Shown: positions 46,973 to 56,100 of the stretch, in pieces
Numbering within the stretch: the stretch's first letter is position 1
Layout: each line of letters opens with the position of its first letter
Translations under genes and position numbers: made by a program
NCBI GenBank assembly: GCA_965219085.1
Contig: OZ244720.1
Span: 2,144,001 to 2,208,000, forward strand
DNA from: Dehalococcoidia bacterium
Lineage (GTDB): Bacteria > Chloroflexota > Dehalococcoidia > UBA2979
Direction of reading: 5' to 3'
Length of the DNA: 64,000 nt
Notes under the pieces: model-generated
What the model was told of the DNA's origin: nothing
Seen by the model: only the letters and a program-made list of their open reading frames with translations
The model's database searches: none

Positions 46973-47401
46973 TCAGTTGTAGCGCCAGGTGGTCGTGCGC
47001 TTCGGGTGCAGGCGCAGGATCACCTCGCCGGGGCGGGGCTCCGAGGGCAAGTCGTCCTCGGGGGCGCCGCGCTGGCGCCGTCCCTCGCGCTCCAGCGCCA
47101 GGCGCTCGTCCGCATCGCGCACGACCTCGAGGTCGCCCTGCAGCAGCACGCCGCTCCAGTCGCCACTCGCCTTCGAGCCGGTGACGACGATCGAGGCGCG
47201 CGGGTCGCGCTCGGCGTTGCGGACCTTGCGCGTGCCGTCCGGCGTGCCGACGCAGATGTCGTCCCCGACGCGGTAGTAGCCGAGCGGGACCACGTGCGGG
47301 TAGCCGTCCTCGTCGACCGTGGCGAGTAGCGCCCACTCCTCGCGCGCGTCGAAGTAGTCGTGGAGTTCGTCGCCTTCGATCCGGCGTTGTCCGGTCGTCA
47401 T
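46973..47401 (-). CDS. Pyridoxamine 5'-phosphate oxidase-like (split barrel) protein
   Basis: LATVDEDGYPHVVP, KVRN..RDPR. Confidence 0.82.
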   Translation of the reverse strand: MTTGQRRIEGDELHDYFDAREEWALLATVDEDGYPHVVPLGYYRVGDDICVGTPDGTRKVRNAERDPRASIVVTGSKASGDWSGVLLQGDLEVVRDADERLALEREGRRQRGAPEDDLPSEPRPGEVILRLHPKRTTTWRYN

Positions 47402-48429
47402 GTCGTGCCTCCGTCCCCGCCGTCGAACACGAGGTCCATCCAGCGGTGCTCGATGCCGGCGTCGAGGAATACGTCGCCGCGCGCGACGTAGCCGAGCTTC
47501 GCGTAGAACCCGACGGCGTACTCCTGCGCGGCGAGCGTCACGCCGGCGTAGCCGCGCCGTCGCGCCTCGTCGTGCAGCGCCTCCATCACGCCGACGCCCC
47601 AGTAGCGCCCTCGCTCCGCTCTGAGCACGGCGACGCGGCCGATGTGTGGGTACTCCCCTGAGGCCCCGCGGGGTATCCCCGCGTCGGGATGAGCCATGTC
47701 CAGCAATAGCCGGGCCGTGGCCACGGGCCGGCCGTCGAGGCGGCCGAGGACGTGGACGGCGTCGGTCACGGTCGCGGGGTCGCCGTCGTAGCGGTCGATC
47801 TCCTCGTCCTCGTCGATGCGCTGCTCCTCGATGAAGACGGCGCGCCGCACGCTCAGCGCCGCCCGCATCTCCCCGGGCGTCGTGACGACGGAGACGCGGT
47901 AGCCCGGCGCGACGCGCGCCTCGAACTCCACGGCGGACTGCAGCGTGAGCTGCATCTCGATGATGTCGACCCAGCGCCCGAACTTGTAGCCGAACTCACG
48001 CCGCAGCGCCGTGCGCTCGAAGCCGAGCGACTCGAAGAGCGCGATGCTGGCCGCGTTCCCCGAGGTGATGCGCGCGATGAGCACGTGCAGGTCGCGCTCG
48101 TGCGCGCCCGCGATCAGCGCCTCGATGAGCTGCCGGCCGACGCCGCCGCGATGGTGGCGAGGGTCGACGTAGACGGTGACCTCGCGCGTGAAACGGAAGC
48201 CGAACTTCTGCATCGGCGTGAAGTGCGCGAAACCGATTACCGTCCCCTCACCCTGCGCGACGATCACCATCTCGTCGCGGTACGTCTCCAGCCACCTACG
48301 ACGCCGCGCGTCGGTCCACGGCCACTCGTCGAGCGTGGCGACGCCTTCGAGGATCTCGCGGTTGTAGATGCGCTGGATCGCGGGCACATCGTGTGCGCCG
48401 GCGGGTCGGATCGTGATGGGCTGCCCCAC
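47398..48429 (-). CDS. Tandem GNAT acetyltransferase (Pat/YncA-like plus ElaA-like)
   Basis: VYVDP..RGGVG, NAASIALFESLGF; VFIEEQ, HIGRVAV, AQEYAVGFY, DAGIEH. Confidence 0.85.
   Translation of the reverse strand: MGQPITIRPAGAHDVPAIQRIYNREILEGVATLDEWPWTDARRRRWLETYRDEMVIVAQGEGTVIGFAHFTPMQKFGFRFTREVTVYVDPRHHRGGVGRQLIEALIAGAHERDLHVLIARITSGNAASIALFESLGFERTALRREFGYKFGRWVDIIEMQLTLQSAVEFEARVAPGYRVSVVTTPGEMRAALSVRRAVFIEEQRIDEDEEIDRYDGDPATVTDAVHVLGRLDGRPVATARLLLDMAHPDAGIPRGASGEYPHIGRVAVLRAERGRYWGVGVMEALHDEARRRGYAGVTLAAQEYAVGFYAKLGYVARGDVFLDAGIEHRWMDLVFDGGDGGTT
47665..47683. repeat. Single copy of the CCGCGGGGTATCCCCGCG palindrome inside the GNAT gene
   Basis: cccgcggggtatccccgcg is identical to the first 19 bp of the 27-bp repeat unit at 16953. 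Confidence 0.7.
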
Positions 48430-48528
48430 GCGCTACTCGCTTTCGCTGATCTGTGGCGGGTGGCCGCGATTCTACCGGCCCGCTCCGCGGCATCGCGTAT
48501 CCTGCCCTGAGTCCGAGGGGAGGGCGAG

Positions 48529-49458
48529 ATGGCGACGACCGACACAACGACCGCGGCGCAACTCGACGGGTGGTTCGAGTCGCTCTCCAACTGGGGGCGC
48601 TGGGGCGACGACGACCAGCGAGGCGCGCTCAACCTCATCACCGACGCCAAGCGCGCCGAGGCAGCCTCGCTGGTGCGCGAGGGCGCCATCGTGAGTTGCG
48701 CCCAGGAGCTCCCGAAGCGCCCCGCCCCCGACAACCCGACGCCCGTCGTACACGCGATGCAGGGCGGGGGTGACGTGACCAGGGGCGGGATGGGCGGCGC
48801 GAGCGACTTCTTCGCGATCAACCCGCACGGCTACGCGACCACGCACCTCGACGCGCTCTGCCATATCTTCCACAAGGACCAGATGTACAACGGCTACCCC
48901 GCTTCGATGGTCACGAGCCTCGGCGCGCGCCTCAACAGCATCATGGCCGGCCAGGACGGCATCGTGAGCCGTGGCGTGCTGCTCGACATCCCCGCCTTGC
49001 GGGGCGTCGACTACCTCGAACCCGGCGAGCGCATCCTCGTCTCCGACCTCGAGGCCGCGGAGGAGCGCGAGGGCGTGCGCGTCACGCCCGGCGACATCCT
49101 GCTCGTGCGCACCGGCCGCGACGAGCGCAACGCCGCCGAGGGCCGTTGGGATCCCATGACGGGCGGCCTCGCGGGGCTCTCGGGCGAGACGGCGCCATGG
49201 CTGCGCGAACGCGACATCGCGGTGCTGGGGGGCGACGGCGTCTCGGACGCGCTGCCGACGCTGACGCCGGAGTGGGCGATGCCGATTCACACGCTCGCCC
49301 TCGTCGCGCTGGGCGTGCATCTCATCGACAACATGCAGCTCTCCCGCCTCGCCGAGGCGTGCGGGGCGCTCGGGCGGTGGGAGTTCCAGCTGATGCTGGC
49401 GCCGCTGCGGCTGGCGCAGGGCACCGGGTCGCCGGTGAACCCGATCGCCCTGTTCTGA
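48529..49458 (+). CDS. Cyclase (kynurenine formamidase-like) family hydrolase
   Basis: NWGRWG.DD..G.LN, TTHLDALCH, RGVLLD, GDILLVRTG, GSPVNP. Confidence 0.88.
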   Translation: MATTDTTTAAQLDGWFESLSNWGRWGDDDQRGALNLITDAKRAEAASLVREGAIVSCAQELPKRPAPDNPTPVVHAMQGGGDVTRGGMGGASDFFAINPHGYATTHLDALCHIFHKDQMYNGYPASMVTSLGARLNSIMAGQDGIVSRGVLLDIPALRGVDYLEPGERILVSDLEAAEEREGVRVTPGDILLVRTGRDERNAAEGRWDPMTGGLAGLSGETAPWLRERDIAVLGGDGVSDALPTLTPEWAMPIHTLALVALGVHLIDNMQLSRLAEACGALGRWEFQLMLAPLRLAQGTGSPVNPIALF

Positions 49459-49537
49459 CCTCGACCCGTCGAGGCGGCGTGATGCGATACGCTGCCGCCT
49501 CGACACCAGCGACGACTCGCGAAGGGCGGAGGGCCTG

Positions 49538-49864
49538 ATGATCTACGAACTGCGGACGTACGAGGCGGCGCCGGGCAAAATGGCCGCACTGAATGCGCGC
49601 TTCCGCGACCACACGATGCGCATCTTCGGCAACCACGGTCTGGAGGTCGTCGGGTTCTGGACGTACGCCCACGGCGGCTGGTCCGACCAGCTCGTCTACC
49701 TCATGCGCTTCGACGACATGGACGACCGCGCGGCCAAGTGGGCCGCCTTCGCGGCCGACGAGGAGTGGCGCCAGGTCGCCGCGGAGTCGCAGCGCGACGG
49801 CACCCTGACGACGCGCATCCGTTCCGACATCCTCGCCGCCACCGACTACTCGCCGATGCAGTAG
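49538..49864 (+). CDS. NIPSNAP family protein
   Basis: MIYELRTY, W.AF.AD.EW, TDYSP. Confidence 0.9.
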   Translation: MIYELRTYEAAPGKMAALNARFRDHTMRIFGNHGLEVVGFWTYAHGGWSDQLVYLMRFDDMDDRAAKWAAFAADEEWRQVAAESQRDGTLTTRIRSDILAATDYSPMQ

Positions 49865-49985
49865 CCTCCCGGGCGCCCTTGGCGGCACACACTCCTCGAC
49901 GGCCCGCGCCGGGTCCGGGCCGCGCTGTGCGCGGCGATATGATGCCCGCACCCGCGGACGATTCGACACGAGGAGGGAAGCGACC

Positions 49986-50318
49986 ATGACGCAGCCACGA
50001 GACGGCGCACCGCAGGCGCGGAGCGCACTGGCGGAGATCACACCAAGGCTCGCCGAGATCACGAACGACCTCGTCTTTGGCGAGATCTGGGAGCGCCCGG
50101 GGCTGTCGAAGCGCGACCGCAGCCTGATCGTGGTTGCCGCGCTCACGGCGCTCTACCGCACCGACCAGCTGCGCGGGCATGTCGGGCGCGCGCTCGACAA
50201 TGGCGTCACGCGCGACGAGATCTCGGAGATCATCACGCACATGGCGTTCTACACCGGCTGGCCGTGCGCCGTGAACGCCGCTGCCGTGACGAAGCAGGTC
50301 TACGACGAGCGCGACTAG
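49986..50318 (+). CDS. Carboxymuconolactone decarboxylase family protein, copy 1
   Basis: FGEIWERPGLSKRDRSLI, ALDNG, AFYTGWP. Confidence 0.9.
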   Translation: MTQPRDGAPQARSALAEITPRLAEITNDLVFGEIWERPGLSKRDRSLIVVAALTALYRTDQLRGHVGRALDNGVTRDEISEIITHMAFYTGWPCAVNAAAVTKQVYDERD

Positions 50319-50481
50319 CCGACCTCGGCGCGACCGGTCGGGACCGGCCGCGCGGTAGCCGACGGCACCGTCGGCTGCGCTCGCCGCCAGCCTGCTGCCC
50401 CGACACTCCAGCCTCGGACCGGACTGGCGCGGACTATCATGCCCGTGCGACACGATTCGACACGAGGAGCAGGAGGCGGCC

Positions 50482-50820
50482 ATGACACAGCCACAAGACG
50501 ACGGATCCCAGGTGAGGGACATGCTGGGGGAAGTCGCGCCGAGGCTCGCCGAGATCACGAATAGCGTGGTACTCGACCAGCTCTGGGACTACCCCGACGG
50601 CCTCTCGCCGCGCGACCGCAGCATGATCACGGTCGCCACGCTCACGGCGCTGTACCGCACCGACCAGCTGCGGGCGCACATCGGGCGTGCGCTCGACAAC
50701 GGCGTGACGCGCGACGAGATCGCCGAGATCATCACGCACCTGGCCGCCTACGCCGGCTGGCCCACGGCGGTGAACGCGGTCACCGTCGCGAAAGAGGTCT
50801 ACGACGAACGCGACGGCTAG
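50482..50820 (+). CDS. Carboxymuconolactone decarboxylase family protein, copy 2
   Basis: GLSPRDRSMI, ALDNG, AAYAGWP; tandem paralogue of the previous gene. Confidence 0.9.
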   Translation: MTQPQDDGSQVRDMLGEVAPRLAEITNSVVLDQLWDYPDGLSPRDRSMITVATLTALYRTDQLRAHIGRALDNGVTRDEIAEIITHLAAYAGWPTAVNAVTVAKEVYDERDG

Positions 50821-50902
50821 GCGATCCCGTCGCGATGGATCGGGACCGGCCTGACCAGCCGGAGTGACAACGCGCCCTCCGCGGCGCGGCGAGGAGGCAA
50901 CG

Positions 50903-51862
50903 ATGCGCGCTGCATTCCATGAGACCGAGGGCGGACTCGATGTGCTCCAGTACGGCGAGCTGCCGGACCCTGAGCCGGGACCGAACGACGTGCTGCTGCG
51001 CGTCCACGCCACCTCGATGGACCGGCTCGACGTGTTTACCCGCGAGGGTTCGCACGGCCAGGGCGTGGTCGGTGACCGCTACATCGGCGGCCGCGACTTC
51101 GCCGGCGTGGTCGAGGGCCTCGGGAGCGAGGTCCGGGGCTTCGAGGTGGGGCAGCGAGTCTTCGGATCGGCCTCGGCGACGCACGCCGAGCTGGCTCTCG
51201 CATCCACAGCGGGCACGTTCCCCATCCCCGACAACCTCTCGTTCGACGAGGCCGGCTCGGCGCCGACGTCGGGCCGCAGCGCGCACGGTGCGCTCATCCA
51301 GAAGGCGCGCATCGAGGCCGGTGAGACGGTGCTCGTGATCGCGGCGGGGAGCGGCGTCGGCAGCTTCGCGCTGCAGATCGCGAAGGCGTCGGGCTGCCAG
51401 GTCATCGCCACGGCGGGCTCCGCCGAGAAGTGCCAGCAGGCGCTCGACCTCGGCGCCGACGCGGCCATCAACCACTACGACGAGGACATCGCCGCGCGCG
51501 TCCGCGAGCTGACGGGCGGCCGTGGTGTCGAGGTGGTGTGCGATTCGGTCGGCACGCCCGTCTGGCGTGCGTCGACGGACTCGATGGCCCCCGAGGGGCG
51601 CTTCGTGACGTGCGGGGTGACGGCGGGCCACCTGGCGAGCATCCACCTCGGACGGCTGTTCACGATGGGGCATGCCTACATGGGCATCGGGCGGCCGGGG
51701 CCGTCCGAGACCCGCCGCACGCTGACGGGCCTGCTGCACATGCTCGAGCAGGGCTCGATCCGCTCGATCGTCCACGCGCGGTTCCCGCTGAGCGAGATCG
51801 CGCAGGCACACGAGCTGATGGAGGCGTCCACCTTCTTCGGCAAGATCGTCCTCAACCCGTAA
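50903..51862 (+). CDS. MDR-family (quinone reductase-like) oxidoreductase
   Basis: GRDFAGVVE, AAGSGVG, GKIVL. Confidence 0.88.
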   Translation: MRAAFHETEGGLDVLQYGELPDPEPGPNDVLLRVHATSMDRLDVFTREGSHGQGVVGDRYIGGRDFAGVVEGLGSEVRGFEVGQRVFGSASATHAELALASTAGTFPIPDNLSFDEAGSAPTSGRSAHGALIQKARIEAGETVLVIAAGSGVGSFALQIAKASGCQVIATAGSAEKCQQALDLGADAAINHYDEDIAARVRELTGGRGVEVVCDSVGTPVWRASTDSMAPEGRFVTCGVTAGHLASIHLGRLFTMGHAYMGIGRPGPSETRRTLTGLLHMLEQGSIRSIVHARFPLSEIAQAHELMEASTFFGKIVLNP

Positions 51863-51898
51863 AGAGACGCGGGGGCGCCAGGCATGTAGTCAGTACAG

Positions 51899-52240
51899 CT
51901 AGGCCTGGTCGTTAAGTGCTTCGACGTCCCGGCGGAGGTCGGGGAGACCGTCCTGGACCACGCCCGAGACGGTCGTGTCACGGATCCGCTGGTACTCGTG
52001 GATGAGAACGTTACGGAAGTCGATGATCGCCCGGTTGTCTCTGATCCGTGCAGCCAGGTCGGGGTCGCGCCTCCGCACTTGCGCCAGCGCCTCGCCAATG
52101 ATCCCGAACTGGCGCTCGACCGCGCTGCGCAACATGAGGTCTTCCTCGTACTCCGCGAACGAGCGGCCCGGCGTGAACTCTTCAATTGCCGAGATGGCGG
52201 CCTCGATGTCGTAGAGGTACATGCGAACCTCATCCTGCAT
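51899..52240 (-). CDS. HEPN/DUF86 (HepT-like) toxin
   Basis: SAVERQFGIIGEA, RNVLIHEY (Rx4HxY). Confidence 0.9.
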   Translation of the reverse strand: MQDEVRMYLYDIEAAISAIEEFTPGRSFAEYEEDLMLRSAVERQFGIIGEALAQVRRRDPDLAARIRDNRAIIDFRNVLIHEYQRIRDTTVSGVVQDGLPDLRRDVEALNDQA

Positions 52241-52538
52241 AGAACAGCTCGCGGGTCTCATCTACGCTCTCGCGGAAGTATGGATTCTTGATCGCCGAGT
52301 CCTCGACGAGGTCGATAGGTCGGCCGAACAGGTCCTGGAGCCTGTGGAGGAGGTCGAAGTACCTCTTCCAGGAATCACCCTGGGCCGGGGGGTGGAACTC
52401 GACGAGGAAGTCGAGGTCGCTCTCGTCGGGACGGAAGTTTCCGCGCACGGCCGAGCCGAACACGTCGAGCCGCCTCACCCGGTACTCCCGGCAGAGTTGT
52501 TCGACCTCAGACCGATGCTCCTCGACGATCGCGTGCAT
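52230..52538 (-). CDS. Minimal nucleotidyltransferase (MntA-like) antitoxin
   Basis: VFGSAVRG...SDLDFLVEF, RPIDLV; overlaps the HEPN gene. Confidence 0.9.
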   Translation of the reverse strand: MHAIVEEHRSEVEQLCREYRVRRLDVFGSAVRGNFRPDESDLDFLVEFHPPAQGDSWKRYFDLLHRLQDLFGRPIDLVEDSAIKNPYFRESVDETRELFYAG

Positions 52539-52630
52539 CGGAGCGCCTCCCCATACACGATACCCCGAGGAGCCTGACACGTCCGCCGATGCGATGATAG
52601 GCAGCGCCCCACCCCGAGAAAGGTCACCCC

Positions 52631-53098
52631 ATGCCCGAAGCACCGACGAAGATTGAGCCGCAGGGCCTCGGCGATTACCTGGACGTGATGAGCAAGGCCG
52701 TGTTCCAGAGCGGCATGTCATGGAAGGTCGTCGAGGGCAAGTGGGACACGACCCGCGAGGCGTTCCACGACTTCGACGCCGAGCGCGTCGCCTCGATGAG
52801 CGAACCGGAGATCGACGCCCTCGCCAACGACACGCGCGTCATTCGCAACCGCCGCAAGCTCAACGCCATCGTCAGCAACGCAGGCCGCATGTTGGAGCTC
52901 GAGGACGAGCACGGCTCGTTCGAGGGCTACCTGCGATCTCGGGACGACTTCTGGGACACGCTCAAGATGGTGCGCAAGGACTTCAAGTTCCTCGGCGACT
53001 TCGGGGCGTACTACTTCCTCTTCGTCGTCGGCGAGGACGTGCCGCCGCACGATGAGTTCCGCGCGCAGATCCCCGAGGCGGCCCGCAGCCGGCGCTAA
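52631..53098 (+). CDS. DNA-3-methyladenine glycosylase I family protein
   Basis: FQSGMSW, AFHDFD, IRNRRKLNAIVSNA, FKFLG. Confidence 0.8.
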   Translation: MPEAPTKIEPQGLGDYLDVMSKAVFQSGMSWKVVEGKWDTTREAFHDFDAERVASMSEPEIDALANDTRVIRNRRKLNAIVSNAGRMLELEDEHGSFEGYLRSRDDFWDTLKMVRKDFKFLGDFGAYYFLFVVGEDVPPHDEFRAQIPEAARSRR

Positions 53099-53102
53099 CC
53101 GG

Positions 53103-54323
53103 CTACCCGCGTCCCGAGGCGACTGCGGCGCACGCCTCGCCGAGGCGTGCAATGGCCTCGCGCAGCACGTCGGGCGTGAGGGTTGGGTAGGCGAGGCGGA
53201 TGTGGCGCTCGTCGGCGCCTTCGGGCGCGTAGAGCGTGCCCGTCGTGACCGCCACGTCGCGCTCGGCGGCGGCCGCCTGCAACGCGCTCGCGTCGATACC
53301 GTCGGCGAGGCGAATCCACAGGTAGAAGCCACCCGAGGGCGTCACGAACGTCGCGAGTTCGCCGAACGCGGCGCGCACCGCCTCGGCGGCTGCGTCGCGG
53401 CGCTCGCGGTACAGGTCCTGAATGCGTTCGAGGTGCGCCGCGTGTGTGCCGCCCTCGTAGTAGGCGAGCAGCGTGCGCAGCACGAGCGGCGAGCTGCCGT
53501 TGTCGAGGCGTGTGAACACCACCTGCCGGATCGCCTCGGCCGCGCCGACGACCCAGCCGACGCGCAGCCCGGTCGCGACCGTCTTCGACGCCGTGCCGAC
53601 ATGCAGCACGCCGCGCCCGCGCGCGACCGAGAACAGCGAGTCCGGCGCCGGCCCGTCGAAGTCGAGCCCGGCGTATGCGTCGTCCTCGACGATGAGCACG
53701 CCGTGGCGGGCCGCGATCTCGACCAGCGCCTCGCGGCGTTCGAGGGTCACCGTCGCGCCGCTCGGGTTGTCGTAGGTGGCGACGAGGTAGATGAGCTTGA
53801 CCACGGCGCCCTGGGCGGCGAGGCGGCCGAGCACCGCTTCGAGCGCGTCGGCGCGCATGCCGGCGTCGTCCTGCGGGACGGCGGCGATGCGCGCGCCGCG
53901 CGCGCGGAACGAGCGGATCGCGCCGGGGTAGGCGGGCGCGCTGATCACGGCGATGTCGCCGGGCCCGAGGAACGTAGCGGCGATGTTGTCGATCGCGTGC
54001 GCGCTACCGGAGCAGAGCGTGACGTTGCCCGGGGCGAGCGCGAGGCCGCTCGCCTCCGACTCGCGGCCGGCGATCCACGCGCGCAGCGGCTCGTAGCCCT
54101 GCGCCCCGCCGTAGGTGAGCGCGCCGGCGGGGTCGTCGCGCAGTGCGCGATGGATCGCGTCGGCGACGGCGTCGACGGGCAACGAGGTCGGGTCGGGCAC
54201 GCCGGCGTTGAGGTCGTAGGCGAGGGGGGAAAGCGAAGTCGGCTGCGCGAGGCCCGCCACGAACGGCCCAAGCAGCCGTTCGTAGTCGGCCCCGCTGGCA
54301 AATGCAGGCTCGTCGGTACTCAC
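53103..54323 (-). CDS. PLP-dependent aminotransferase class I/II
   Basis: NPSG, IVEDDAY, SKTVATGLRVGW. Confidence 0.9.
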   Translation of the reverse strand: MSTDEPAFASGADYERLLGPFVAGLAQPTSLSPLAYDLNAGVPDPTSLPVDAVADAIHRALRDDPAGALTYGGAQGYEPLRAWIAGRESEASGLALAPGNVTLCSGSAHAIDNIAATFLGPGDIAVISAPAYPGAIRSFRARGARIAAVPQDDAGMRADALEAVLGRLAAQGAVVKLIYLVATYDNPSGATVTLERREALVEIAARHGVLIVEDDAYAGLDFDGPAPDSLFSVARGRGVLHVGTASKTVATGLRVGWVVGAAEAIRQVVFTRLDNGSSPLVLRTLLAYYEGGTHAAHLERIQDLYRERRDAAAEAVRAAFGELATFVTPSGGFYLWIRLADGIDASALQAAAAERDVAVTTGTLYAPEGADERHIRLAYPTLTPDVLREAIARLGEACAAVASGRG

Positions 54324-54499
54324 GGTCGCGCAGCGTACGGGCCCGCGCGTGAGACGACAATGCACTGGCCGTGATGGGCCCGCACACGCGGCGCTGTGAC
54401 CCCTCGTGGCAGGCGGTACACTTGCCCGGTGACGAGCCCGCGAGGCTGCTCGTGGGCCATCCGAAGCGGCGGTCCCCTACCCCACAGCGAGGAGACGCG

Positions 54500-55519
54500 A
54501 TGACCACCGGACCTGCGCAGCAACCACAGCAACCACAGGTCGTCGACGCCCCCAACTTCGACGGCGGGGAATGGCTGCAGGGCGGCCCGGTCAACGTCCG
54601 GGGTCTCGGCAAGCCGCTGCTCGTCGAGTTCTGGGACTACACCTCCGTCAACTGCCTGCGCACCATCCCGTACCTCGCTGAGTGGCACCGGCGCTACGAG
54701 CAGCACGGGCTCACCATCGTTGGCGTGCACACGCCTGAGTTCGACTTCGCGCGCAACCCCGAGCGCGTGCGCCAGGCGATCGCTGACCTCGAGGTGCCGT
54801 ACCCGGTGGTGCTCGACTCGCAGTTCGAGATCTGGCGGGCGTACGCGAACCGCTTCTGGCCCTCCAAGTACTTCGTCGACGGGCAGGGCAAGGTCCGCGC
54901 ACAGCACGCCGGCGAGGGCGCCTACGACGAGTCGGAGCAGGTGATCCAGGCGCTGCTGCGCGAGCAGGAGGGGTTCGACGCCGAGCTGCCGGACCTCATG
55001 GAGCCGCTGCGCCCCGAGGACGGCCCCGGCGCGGTCTCCTACCGCGTTACGCCGGAGCTGTACTGCGGCTACTCGCGCGGCGTCATCGGCAACCTCGGCG
55101 GACCGCAGCCGGACCGCCCGCACCGCTACGCCGACCCCGGCAAGCACGTCGAGGGCACGCTGTACCTCGACGGCCACTGGATGGTCTCCGGAGAGAACGC
55201 GGCGCGGCCATTCGGAGCACAGGGCGCGAGCCGTATGACGCTCACCTACATGGCCGCCGACGTGAACCTCGTGCTGCACCCGCCGATCATGGGCGGCGTG
55301 GGCGAGGCGCGCGTGCTGCTCGACGGCGAGCCCGTCGCGGGTGACGCGGCCGGCGAGGACGTCGAGGGCGGCGCGATCAACGTCGACAGGCCCCGCATGT
55401 ACCGCCTCGTGCGAGGCATCGACGTGGAGCGGCACACGGTCACGGTGGAGACCGAGTCGGACGGGCTCGCCGCGTTCGCCTTCACGTTCACGTCGTGCGT
55501 CGCGCCCCCGCCGGAGTAG
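54500..55519 (+). CDS. Redoxin (DipZ C-terminal-like) with SxxC in place of CxxC
   Basis: EFWDYTSVNCLRT, GVHTPEF, WP..Y, GEG.Y, TPELY, AFTF. Confidence 0.85.
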   Translation: MTTGPAQQPQQPQVVDAPNFDGGEWLQGGPVNVRGLGKPLLVEFWDYTSVNCLRTIPYLAEWHRRYEQHGLTIVGVHTPEFDFARNPERVRQAIADLEVPYPVVLDSQFEIWRAYANRFWPSKYFVDGQGKVRAQHAGEGAYDESEQVIQALLREQEGFDAELPDLMEPLRPEDGPGAVSYRVTPELYCGYSRGVIGNLGGPQPDRPHRYADPGKHVEGTLYLDGHWMVSGENAARPFGAQGASRMTLTYMAADVNLVLHPPIMGGVGEARVLLDGEPVAGDAAGEDVEGGAINVDRPRMYRLVRGIDVERHTVTVETESDGLAAFAFTFTSCVAPPPE

Positions 55520-55551
55520 CGCGGGGCACGGGGCGATCCAGGCTGCGCCAC

Positions 55552-55783
55552 ATGGGTGAGATAACCATCCCTTTGGACGACCAGACCGCCCGCTGGGCGC
55601 CGGGCCGAGGCGGCCCGGCGGCGTATCAGCGTGTCGCGATTCGTGGCCGGTCTGCTCCGCGACGAGATGGCTCGTGACGACCGTTACGAGCAGGCTCAAC
55701 AGTCATACCTCACACAGTCGCCCGGGGATCTGAGCTCTGGATCGAGGGCATACCCATCCCGCGATGAGTTGCACCATTGGTGA
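55552..55783 (+). pseudogene. Frameshifted RHH antitoxin homologous to 15004-15231
   Basis: MGEITIPLDDQTARWA / AEAARRRISVSRFVAGLLR...YPSRDELH with a frameshift. Confidence 0.85.
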
Positions 55784-55784
55784 C

Positions 55785-55915
55785 GTGAAGGTCTCGTTTA
55801 GACCGCCCAGCGCGCAGGCTGCACCTTCCTGCTGACAGAAGACCTCAGTGACGGCCAGCGTGTGAGCGCCGTCACCGTGATCAACCCCTTCACCCACGAT
55901 CCACCCTCCAGCTGA
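55785..55915 (+). pseudogene. PIN toxin remnant with a large internal deletion (homologous to 14576-15007)
   Basis: VKV.. joined to TAQRAGCTFLLTEDLSDGQRVSAVTVINPFTHD. Confidence 0.85.
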
Positions 55916-55929
55916 GAGCGGCTTGTCGA

Positions 55930-55967
55930 ACGTTCACATCGTGCGTCGCGCCGCCGCCGCGGTAGCG
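55930..55967 (+). repeat. Displaced copy of the redoxin gene 3' end (copy of 55484-55521)
   Basis: 38 bp with 4 mismatches; TFTSCVAPPPR* vs TFTSCVAPPPE*. Confidence 0.85.
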
Positions 55968-56100
55968 GTGGGGACGAGCGGCGAGGCGCCAACTGGTACG
56001 TCATAACCTCGCGCGCTGCTACGCTGCCTGCCGTCCGGCCTGCGTGGCCGGTTCGCAACGCCCGCCGGGCACGGCGCCGCGGGCGCCCGAGGGTGCGATC

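Noticed and set aside
51863-52630. Tail duplication around the MNT-HEPN cassette
   Set aside because: No copy of the neighbouring gene's 3' end was found by eye
54620-54660. Selenocysteine in the redoxin active site
   Set aside because: The codon is TCC, not TGA
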